The translations under genes were made by a program, and so were the position numbers. A stretch of 39,980 bases of DNA from Klebsormidium nitens (lineage: Eukaryota > Plantae > Klebsormidiophyceae), in the NCBI GenBank assembly GCA_000708835.1, contig DF237678.1, forward strand, positions 1 to 39,980, read 5' to 3'. Below the pieces are notes generated by a model, which was not told where the DNA came from, ran no database searches, and saw nothing but the letters and a program-made list of their open reading frames with translations. Shown here piece after piece: positions 9,801 to 19,970 of this stretch (the stretch's first letter is position 1; the number at the start of each line of letters is the position of its first letter).

Positions 9801-12800
9801 AAATTTGATACCAAATATGGAAAGCAGAACCTGAAAAGGGATTTACAAACTCACACAATGGCGCATCGGCCCTCGTGCTTGAGCTCCACTCCGTCGCACT
9901 CCATGCGGCACTCGTTGGCGTAGCTCTTGTCGTTCATGCCGCACACCGGCGCGAGCACGCGCGGGCACGCCTTCTGGCACTCGGATGACGTCACCCTCTT
10001 CTCGATCTCGGCGATCGCCAGGAGCTCCTTGTCGAAGTCGCCGCAGGGGCCGTCTTTCGCCTTCTCGCCTCCGGCACACTTCATGTCGTACTCGTTAACC
10101 CAGGTGTAACCCCGGGTGTCGCAAACCGGGGCGTAGATCATGGGGATCGGGCATTTCACGCAGGTACTACGGCGCGCAACTGCGACGCCCGCGCATTGCG
10201 CCGCGCATCTGCTGGGGTAGGTTACGTTATCGTCGCCGCAAACCGGGTTTGCGAAGTTGTGCTTGTCGCAGGAGTCGTCGCACGATTCCGGGGTCGCCTT
10301 GCATTCGCCGTCGTAACCGAATACCGCCTTGGCGCACTCCATGTAACCCTTGTTAACCCAGGTGAAACCCAGGGCATCGCAAACGGGTTCGAAGTCCTCG
10401 GGCGCATTGCACTTCTCGCAGTAACCCAGACTGCCGAAATCGGCACCGGCACAGTTTGCCAGGCACTCGTTGGGGTAGGTGACGCCATCGGAGCCGCAGA
10501 TGACGTTCGCCCAGCCACGGGGGCAGGCCGTACGACACGAGGCGGCGTTTTCGGCGGAGATCCTGCAAGACAAGGGTTCGGGTTAAGCTACTTCGGTAAA
10601 CCATACATTTGAGCTGTCGGAGTGGCAGTCAAGATTGGACTAGGCGCGGGAGGAGGCGGCGCGGCACGAAGGGGGCGGCTTCAGTAACAATCCTGCCAAA
10701 AAAAAGCGAGTTTGCTGTACCGGAAACAATAAGTGGAATCGGAGTCTCAAAAGCGACAACAGCCGTTTTGAAAAGCTGCGCAGATTCAGCTCGATGACGT
10801 CAGCCTTGCCGCGCTGCCCTGTATCCGACTCTTCGTCAGCGCAGGCGAGCCACGACGATCCAAAAAGAGTCTGAAAAAGCGACAAGAAAGCTGCGCAGAC
10901 TCACTCGGTCGACGACGTCAGCTCGATGACGTCAGCCGTGGCGCACGCGCCCTCGTGGGCCAACGTGGCGCCAGCGCAGGCGAGCCAGTGTTTGTTGTAC
11001 CAGGTGAAACCGTCGGTGTCGCATGCGAGATTGGCCTTCTTGCTCTCGGGGGTCAGGGGGCACTTCTCGCAGAAGCCCGCCTTGGTGACGTCAGTCCCGG
11101 CGCAGTCCGCGAAGCACGCGTTGGGGTACGTCACTCCGTCGGCGCCGCAGAAGGGGTGCGCGCGGCCGCGCGCGCAGCGGTTGCGGCACGACGCGGTGAG
11201 GTCGTCATTGGAGTCCCTACAAAGATGAAACGAAAATGGGTTAGGTTTGCTATACTCAAACGGTGACTGCCTTCGAATGATTGATATGTTTTTGACGCGC
11301 GTTCCAAGCGCGCGAGAGCGGCACGGGGGCGGATATATAGGCGTCATTGCACACGAGCAGTGACAACGCGTTACTTCGACATTGAAGAATCAGCTTGCTC
11401 AAGTTGTTGTGCTCAACCCATGAAGAGGGCGGCAAGAAGCGAAAAGCTCACTTTCGAGATTGGCCACGAGCGAGATTTCCGTTATTTCAACACATGGCGC
11501 ATACCAAAACGCTGTGACAGATTGATTCGAGGGAATACCAGGCTTGAAAGGGGCCAAAGCCAAAACCCGCAGATGGCTCCGATGATTCTAAGCAGAAAGC
11601 CGACCGTCTTTTGGCCATGAGGCGTCGTACGTTTACAGCCAGCCTCATGCGCAGTTGATTTTGGGCAACCTCAGAATTTTCCTGACATTTAACCTTGGTT
11701 GTTTTCACTCAGCACCAGACCCACTAATGTAGACAAAAACCTTCACTACAACAAGGCGTTTTAGGGTTTCAGGTTTTAGGTTTCAACATCAAATCACACA
11801 GAAAAGAATCAACTTAAGAGGCTCACTTCTTGCAGGCTCCCTCGTGGGAGACGCTGGTTCCGGAGCACGCAGCCCAGCAGGGGTTGAGGTAAGTATGGCC
11901 GTCGGCGCCGCACACGAGAGTGCGCTCCTTGGTACACGCGCAGGGGGGGTTCTCCAAAGCTGGGACGGAATGAACGGGTAAACGTTATCTCCGGTTTTCA
12001 ATGCTTTACTTTGACAACAGTAAACGGTGAGCAGAAGTGTTGACTCGGGTATAAGCTGGAATTAGTGAAAGAAAAGGAAACCAGAGCAACGTTCGTTCAA
12101 GAAGGTGATAAATCCTCTCCTTTGGCGTCGAAGAGCGCTACTTTCTTATGGAAGGGACGGAACTTCGAGTATCAAAGCCCTTTGGTACATCGTGGAACTA
12201 TCAGCGACAGAGCTTGTCAACAAAAGGGAACTCGCTGAGTGAGAGAGGAGCAGCTTTCCCGTGCGATGAAGGGGACACTAATGGCAGGGGACAAAAGCAA
12301 CAAAAGTCGAAGCAGGAGCAACTTTTAGAAGACAAAGTGCGATGGAGAGACGACAAAAGGCCTCCAAAGCTTCGTGTCCGACTCCGATCCGCTGTTCCGC
12401 CGGAACGCCTCACCCTCGGTGCAGGGCCCCTGGTGGATGATGTCAATGTCGAAACACTCGGCCCAACACTCGCTGGAATACGTGTGACCGTCGGCGCCGC
12501 ACACGTCGGCGCGCTCCTCGGGGCAGTCGCAGGCGCTGACGTCAGCAACTGCGGAGAGAAGGGGGCTCCGATCACGTCTGAGAAGGAAGGAATGCCGATG
12601 AAACCGATAGGTGGGCGCAGAGAAAGGAGAGAAAGGTGGGAAGAGGGCTCGGATGGGGATTAAAACACGCGCAATGTTCTCTGAACCGATATCTGAGTCA
12701 ATACTAGGTGGGTGATTGTGCAAACCATTCAGACAAATAATATACCGATCTGATACTACTAACATACCATGCCCTTTTACCCATCACATCACTTCGCTAG

Positions 12801-15800
12801 AAGGGCAAGGCCAGGCCGAAAGAAAGGCGTGTGATAGTGTATCCCACCCTCACCCTTCTCGCAGGCTCCTTCATACTCGACGTCAGTGCCAACGCACGCA
12901 GCCCAGCACTTGTTCAGGTAAGTATGACCGTTGGCGCCACAGACCAGAGCGCGCTCCTTGCCGCATTCGCAGGCGCTGACGTCAGCAACTGCTATTCGGA
13001 AAAGATAATTCCGATGGGAACGGGAGTGCGTGATGCGGAATGACAAAGAGAGCTGATCTCTTGAAACGCTGATGGTTTGCAGAATTTGGGAATTGAACAG
13101 GTCAAGGAAACAAATCGGACGAAAGCATTCCGAAGCCTCAAACTTGACTGGCAGGTTTGACTAAAGTTATGAAGATTGATGATGTTGATAGGAGACCTGT
13201 TGGCGACCTGATCAAAAACCGTGGCAAGTAACTGAAAGAAGAACGGCACGAAGTTGAATTCGAGCCCAGTCGCGACGGTTTCAGGACTCCAGACAATGGA
13301 AGGATTGAGAGGCGGGCGGGCAATTGCACCTCTCTCGCATGCGCCCTCGTACTCGACGTCAGTGCCGACGCACCGAGCCCAGCACTTGTTGAGGTAAGTG
13401 TGGCCGTCGGCGCCGCAGACCAGAGCGCGCTCCTTGGTGCAGTCGCAGGCGCTGACGCCAGCGACTGTCATCAGAAAAGATGATAACGTTGGGACACGGA
13501 TTGCAAGACGGGTCAGAATTACGAGAGTTGGGACTCTTCAAACAATGATGTTTAGGAGGACGGGAGACTTGAACAGCTCAGGAAAACGCGTTCGGACGAC
13601 AGCATTTCGGAAGCCTTGAACTTGGACGGCAAATCTCTGTCGAAAGCCAAAAATTTGAGCAAAGGTTGTTTAGCCCAGAACTTTGGTTAGAAACTGCTCT
13701 AGGACTCAGTACAGTGGAAAACCGCGCGCGACCTCACCTTTCTCGCATGCGCCCTCGTACTCGACTTCAGTTCCAACGCATGCGGCCCAGCACTTGTTGA
13801 GGTAAGTGTGGCCGTCGGCACCGCACACCAGAGCGCGCTCCTTGGTGCAGTCGCAGGCGCTGACGTCAGCATCTGCAGAGCAAAGGCAGAGTCTGACGTC
13901 AAAGAAGGCCAACGACGCAACTCATGGCACAATTGAAGCTCGAAGCATCTTCCAACAAGATTGACGTTATTCAAGCACTTGCAAGGTTGTAATACCGGAA
14001 AGAGAAGCAAGAGGTTCGGAAGTCTGACATAAAATCAACGGCCGGTCCAAGGTAGGACGGACCTTGGACCTCGCTCCTGAGCTGGTTTTTGTTGCAGAGC
14101 CCACTAAACCAAAACTTGGTATAACGAAGCAACTTGAAACGCCCGCCCCTCACCCTTCTCGCATGCGCCTTCGTGCTCGACGTCGGTTCCAACGCAAGCG
14201 GCCCAGCACTTGTTGAGGTACGTGTGGCCGTTGGCGCCGCAGACCAGAGCGCGGTCCTTGGAGCACTCGCAGGCGCTGACGTCAGCAACTGTCATCAGAA
14301 AAGGTGATTCCGTCAACACACAGGGGAACATGACGGGACAGATTACGAGAGTTGGACTCCTCAAACGCTGATGATCAGAAGCAAGGCTTGAACAGCTCAG
14401 GAAAACGAGTTCAGACGAAAGCATTTCGGAAGCCTTGAACTTGGACGGCAAATCTCTGCCATTTTTTTTGGAACAAAGGTTGTTTAGCCCAGAACTTTGG
14501 TTAGAATATGCATGGTCCGGGGCCCATTAGAAACTGCTCTAGGACTCGTGGTGGGAAACCGCGCGCGACCTCACCTTTCTCGCATGCGCCCTCGTACTTG
14601 ACTTCAGTTCCAACGCATGCGGCCCAGCACTTGTTGAGGTAAGTGTGGCCGTCGGCACCGCACACCAGAGCGCGCTCCTTGGTGCAGTCACAGGCGCTGA
14701 CGTCAGAAACTGCGGGTGGATTGATAAAAGAGGGTCGGCTTTGGACGAGAAAGTTGGATGAAAAGTTCTGTTATTCAAATCATGTCATTACATCTAGAGC
14801 TGGAAATCGGAAGCAAAGCGGATGATCTTTGTCTCTAAACGTGGTTGGCTGGTCACCATTACAAAGCTGCACCTTTTATGGGTCTGATGCACCCACCTCA
14901 CTAAAGGGCCTGCTGCCAGAAGTTGCTCGGTGTACTCCATTCTTGTAAGGCCACAACGTCACCCAATAACAGGCCCATCTCTATGGTGCTTCTACTGAGG
15001 CTTAAATAATAAAGAAGAAACCTATGCTCGCTTAGCTTGCCACACAAACACGACACCTTGAACATTTTAAGTCCTCTGGAAAAGCAAATTAATGGCGAAA
15101 GGAAACACGCGCTGACCCACTTCATGCAGATTGACTAAAGAAACTGAACTCTTTATAATGCAAAGCATGTAGAAAAGCAAACTCGCCGTGCTTGATGGAC
15201 ATCCTCCAATAGAACACAGGGGATTAAATGATAATGCAAAGCATTACAAAAGGGGATGTGTGATATCCACTTTCTCTGCATCAATTGCCACTGGAGAATG
15301 CAAAAGTCCTGAAAAAGCATAAGAACGTAGGAAGAAACCTGCACTTAATCAACAGCCACTCAAACATTGACAGTGGAACACTCGACTTCCAGGACGGTGT
15401 AGAAAGCTAACGTGTTATCACCCAGCTTGCCAGTCAGAACCACCATTGCCGCATACAAAAATCCTCTGAAAAAGCGTGAGAATGTAAGAATAAACATGCA
15501 CTTGCTAAGCTGGCACACAAAGACTACACCTGGAGTAGTCAAATTCTGGGTCTCAAAAGGCAAAGGGATGTATAGGGAAGACACATGCAGACACCCAGAG
15601 TTGCTGCAAACACCACCACCAAAGCACTGAAACCCTTTTGGAAAAGCAGAAAGAAATGTCAAAGAAACCTGCTTTCAACCAGCTTACCACCCAAAGACCA
15701 CACTTGGAGCGAAAAAAGCTGCGGCATGTATGAACGAAACAATAAAGCACCCAGCGCTTTTCCTGCAAAAACCCGGAGCCAAGCACTCAAAAACCACCAT

Positions 15801-16772
15801 AGGAAGGAAATGTATGGTAGGAAAGGAACAAAGAATCACTCACCCAGTTTGCCGCAAGGGCCCTCGTGCTCTACAGTGGTTCCGGAGCACTCAGCCCAGC
15901 ACTTGTTTAGGTAAGAGGTGCCATCCGCGCCGCAAACAATGGCGCGCTCCTTGGTGCACTGGCAGTGAGCAGTAGCCCAGGTTGCTGCCAAAAGAATTGA
16001 GAAGTATTATGCATTGGAAGCGTGTGGTTTAACAATGTTCAGGTGAGTTGACTCAAGAGTTCAGCGTTGAGTAGAGTCCTAGATGACTGATGAATAGAAG
16101 ATGTGTGGTTGACAATGTTTGTGGGGAGTTGACTCAAAAGCAAAAGTACAGCATTGAGTAAAGTCCTAGATTAAGAATACAGTGGTTGAGCTTTGCTTTG
16201 AACCTCAAGTTTGAATCTCAGATATTTGTCAAAGGCGAGCTCAGGAAGCATGATTTTGTCTCACATTTGAGGGGGCCTATATATTTTTCAGTGTCTGGAC
16301 GTGAATGTAAGGAACCCTGGGCTGGAAAGAGCTGAACTTCTGAAGAACAGTAGCATGCGCATATGCGCGTATGTTTTCAGAAAGAGAAACGGCCAGTAGT
16401 GCAGACAGATTTCCTACGAGCAGTGGAAGTTTTATGGTCCAAAGTAGAGTTTTCAGGTTGGCAATAAGAGTGTTCCAGTCCAAAAGGAGAGGAATGATTC
16501 AAGGGGTATGCCATGCGACTTTAGTATAGAAAGGTCAAAATCTCCGCTGGAAACAGCAATCTGTAGGCTGGACAATACAATGGTGGCATACAATTCACAT
16601 TCCCTCCTAACAAATGTTCCAGCTTTCGATCTTTCAGCCCACTTTCAAACAAAACGTTGTAGGCCCAACCCGATTGCAGAGTGTGAAGACACTCACCAGG
16701 CTCACTTGCAGCTGCCAGCACGCAGCACGCCCCCAGGACTGCGCTCAGGAGAAGAACAGCAGAGGCCTTCAT
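6894..16772 (-). CDS. Secreted multidomain Kazal-type serine protease inhibitor, 23 Kazal domains, ~1,140 aa, 14 (possibly 15) exons
   Basis: Exons 16772-16697 (signal peptide), 15984-15844, 14709-14575, 14288-14154, 13872-13738, 13464-13330, 12988-12854, 12548-12414, 11959-11827, 11216-10905, 10562-9855, 9391-9077, 8524-8066, 7356-6898. Every junction is GT-AG and phase-compatible (phase 1 for introns 1-8, phase 2 for introns 9-13). The motif C-x1-3-C-x7-9-CGxDGxTYxNxC-x3-C-x10-C recurs throughout. The 3' end is uncertain: read-through stop GCG-TGA at 6896-6894, or splicing to a micro-exon at 6317-6308 (CTGAC branch, TTCATCAG acceptor; adds A-V-V-stop). Automated annotation could split this into several genes. 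Confidence 0.85.
6898..10290 (-). repeat. Three copies of a three-domain Kazal module (6-Cys / 4-Cys / canonical), in exon 14, exon 13 and the 3' part of exon 11
   Basis: The C-terminal domain ECQK(A/G)CPRVLAPVCGMNDKSYAN(E/I)CRMECDGVELKHEGRCAI occurs near 6900, 8070 and 9860 with long identical nucleotide runs. Confidence 0.9.
10742..10852 (-). repeat. Tandem copy of the Kazal exon-10 3' end plus donor-side intron; donor lost
   Basis: GAGTCTCAAAAGCGACAA..AAAGCTGCGCAGATTCAGCTCGATGACGTCAGCC..CAGCGCAGGCGAGCCA mirrors 10867-10987. It translates WLACADEESDTGQRGKADVIELN versus WLACAGATLAHEGACATADVIELT. Confidence 0.8.
13330..14709 (-). repeat. Recent ~830-bp tandem duplication of a two-exon Kazal unit (exons 3-4 vs 5-6), introns included
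   Basis: Exon offsets are 837 and 824 bp. Intron strings such as GCATTTCGGAAGCCTTGAACTTGGACGGCAAATCTCTG and AAAGGTTGTTTAGCCCAGAACTTTGGTTAGAA are identical in introns 3 and 5, with a more diverged relative near 13115-13155. Confidence 0.9.
16022..16171. repeat. Two-unit ~80-bp imperfect tandem repeat in Kazal intron 1
   Basis: GTGTGGTT(T/G)ACAATGTT...GAGTTGACTCAA...TTGAGTA(G/A)AGTCCTAGAT at 16022-16084 and 16103-16171. Confidence 0.8.
16697..16772 (-). CDS. First exon of the Kazal gene: N-terminal signal peptide MKASAVLLLSAVLGACCVLAAASEP
   Basis: Met-Lys followed by a hydrophobic core and small-residue cleavage region (VLAAA-S), ending at a phase-1 GTGAGT donor (16696) compatible with the first Kazal exon. 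Confidence 0.8.
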
Positions 16773-17640
16773 TGTGGCAAGACCTGCAGGGTATCATACG
16801 TAATGCTGATGTCAACATTCAGAATGACCAGCTCAGGGATCGGGGGGACTGACTCTAGTGGCTGTAGTCTGCCTTGTACTCATAAGCCATCGTAACATTG
16901 GAATGAAGGCTGCGCTCATTGCTTGATATTTTCTTTCAGACGACATGATTCTTCAGTCAATGCTGCTGCAGGATGCTTCGATAACAAAAAAATGAAAAGT
17001 GTCAGACTGATTGCTTCAACTTTGGAGCAAGAACGTCAAAAGGTGGTGCGGTTTTACTTGTCTTTTCACTTGGCTTTGCAGGACAATCGACGAAACAACT
17101 GTAATCATCTTGTTTGGGATTGCACAAGCACCAGGTTGCCTTTCGCAAACGCATACAATCGAAGCCATCAGATGAAGAGAAAGTGAGTGATGGGAGAGGA
17201 AGACCAGCGAGAGCCCAATGTACGAAGGCCAAAGCCATTGAACTATCAACAGTACTCCAAGAACAAACGAAACGCCAGCATTCTGCACCTGGGTACACGT
17301 CAGACAAATGCTTGCGCATATTGTCCAGATGACGCCGCAAACGTTCAATGTGTAAATTGAAAATTTCCTGCCTTGAGACAGAAGAAACTTCACTCACCTT
17401 CTCAACGCCCAATTTGAAAGCTCGTCCCTTTCCCTCTGCCCACTGGCGAAACGTCGTAGTCAACAGGCGCCAAGGCGAATGCAGGAAATATCGCGCAGCA
17501 ATCGAATGCAGAACACCAGCTCGCATTTGGGACCACGTTTTGTAGCGTTGAGTACCCGGCCTACTTGTTGCTGAGTGGGATTGATTGTGCCCCTAGACTG
17601 TACAGGCAACAGAGCAGTCCTTGTTGAGCTGCATGCAAAC

Positions 17641-18025
17641 ACGGTACCGGCGGTACGTACACAGTCTGTTGCTCACCACCATCGCAATTAGCCCCCGCCA
17701 GCTCTAGTCTCTAGGGATTATTTGTAGGGCATTTGTACCTACAGTAGGTACTCAGAAAGATACCGGTACACGCAAAAACCTGGCCGACAGAACTGTCAGA
17801 GACTGTGTCCAGGCTTGCTAACTACTGGCCGGCGGAATCTGAGCAGATTCTGTGATAGCGTATGAGAAGTTTTACAGGACAGGTACTGCAGCCAGCTGCC
17901 TGCAGCCTGCACAGTGCATACCGTACTGCCGTACCTGCTGTACGTCTACCGGTAGGCAGGTTTGCTGTCTGCCTCCATACCAAAACCGGTATGCGAGTAC
18001 CTTCGCAGGTACAATAGACGTACGA
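17641..18025. other. GTAC-rich palindromic low-complexity tract upstream of the Kazal gene
   Basis: I count 13 GTAC tetramers in ~385 bp (about 1.5 expected at random), plus TACCGGTA and TACCTACAGTAGGTA palindromes. Confidence 0.6.
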
Positions 18026-19970
18026 GTTCACAGAGTATCAAGGCAGTCCGAGGCTCGAGCCATACCGGCGGCCAACCGGGGGCAAGGCATCGGCCGGAAG
18101 GTCATTAAACCTGAGTCGGGCTTCGTGGCCGCCTGAGCACTGGGCAGTCGTGTACTGAGACCGGGCGATGCTGGCGTATTGTCGGGCTGGGAACTCCAGT
18201 CGGACGTCGAACAACATGGTCGGCCTCCTAAAATAACGGTCGGCCCCGGAGTCCGGACCCGTAGCGACATTGATTGCCTCCCTTGTTGACATGACGTTTT
18301 CGCGGTAAGGCTTTTTATTCGGGATCCTATTGGCTAAACCCTTACCGGTTGTTCCACGTGGCCTTGACTTGGTTGACTGGTTAAGTTGTTCCACAAACTA
18401 ACCCCAATCTTCTACTTTGACCCTCTCTTAACTTCCCCCGACCTTTAATAGACTCATTCTTATTCGTTCCCTGCCCAACATACGTACTACCCGAAGATCC
18501 CGGTAGGATCCTAGGCGTACACCGTCACATGGTGCGCCCATCCACCGTTTCCAAACCTCTGCAAGTCAATCATTCCCAAACTGGCCCCGAACCAGATTCA
18601 GAATCGAACAGCAAACTCCTCCGAACCCTGACCGGCCAAACCGCAAACCCCAAACAACTCCTAAACCTCTCCTTGACCCCGAAAAGGCCTCCCGGTTAGG
18701 GAGGCCATTTTCATTGCGTGTATTATCGGCCATGGTCACGTGGACGTGTGAGCTTATTTTGAACCAATCGGGAAAGAGGCTCTCCGGCTGTGCATCCTTA
18801 TCCAGAATCTTGTAATGATTGCAAACCAAACGGCCTGCAGTGTCACATTGAGCACTACGCTGTCACTCAGGGACTGCACACGAAGCTTCAGTTCACTGCT
18901 AAGTAGAAGGAGGCTTTAACAAAAATAAAGCTGACCACTGGGGCGGCTTGGGACGGGTGGGGTAAGTTACCGTACGTACTTTGCATGGGGGTAATATGGT
19001 GGGTCTGGGTGCGGAGCGGGTGATGTTATTGGTAAGGTTTTTCTAGAGTTAGTGTCACAAGCCTGAGTAGTACGGTAGCTGACAGTGAGCTTACTTTTGC
19101 TAGACCTTGCTTTTTCGAAATTGAACTGAGAGACATCTACGCTGCAATCCACTGCAACGGGCAGCTCTCAGTGCATTGGATATGCTGGCATCGTATGCGG
19201 CCCAATCACGGCAGCAGGCCCGGGGCAGACTGTGCGCACAGCGCCGGGCCCGCTCGTGCCGCTAGTGGCCGCTTGGCATGACACCAGGCATGCATGCCGG
19301 TTCATGCACCATGATGCAAGAAACGTACTAGTATTGCATGAGTGGCTGATATCATAATGAAGATCATGCTTTTAGATAATCTTACTTTCTTTGAACTCTT
19401 CGAATCTCTTTCTTGACTCGGAACTCGAGCTTCTTTCTTGAGCTTCAGACCATATACCGTCGTACTACGAGACTCAAGAAAGCTAGTAGGCAAGTCTGCA
19501 TGCATGCATGACCGAGTCGAGGCCGCCGTGCGCATGTTGACTTGATGGACGGTTCTTTAAGCTCGCGCTAGTGGATGCAGGTTCAGGCTAGCTGAGGCTA
19601 TGAGAGCTGGCCGGGCAATTCAAGCATTATTTAGTATACAACATATCATGCCCGGCCGGTGATGGATCAAATTGATCATGTATTATTACCATTGACCCTC
19701 ACGTCACACAATGACAGTATCCTAGCTATATACTTTGATTCATGCAGCTTGAGCATGACAACGCACGCGGTTGCTTAAGAATCCGCTCGACCCATCGCAC
19801 AAAAAAACTAGTGCAGCATGAGAGCAGGCTAAGAACCTGCATTGGTTTATTAGCCCCATCGATCTTGTGAACAATTATTGCAATACCAGCTAGCTGCTTC
19901 TCAACCAGATTATCAAAGTCTTGCCAAACCAAATTTGCCGCGGCGCATGCTACAAAAGGCGACCTTGCCA

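Noticed and set aside
11333-11347. TATA-like CTATATAT and an in-frame ATG in Kazal intron 9, suggesting a second gene starting at exon 10
   Set aside because: The ATG is upstream of the TATA, there is no signal peptide, and the exon-9 donor and exon-10 acceptor match in phase 2. One gene is more parsimonious.
12400-14710. Regularly spaced repeats superficially like a CRISPR array
   Set aside because: The units are 135-nt coding exons with splice sites in a eukaryotic gene, and the spacers are homologous introns.
18038-18560. Possible solo LTR or small element with a 118-aa ORF between the Kazal and DEG9 genes
   Set aside because: No TG...CA termini, TSD, second copy or recognisable domain found.
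19609-19657. 9-bp inverted repeat GGCCGGGCA...TGCCCGGCC
   Set aside because: Too short and GC-rich to exceed chance; no TSD.
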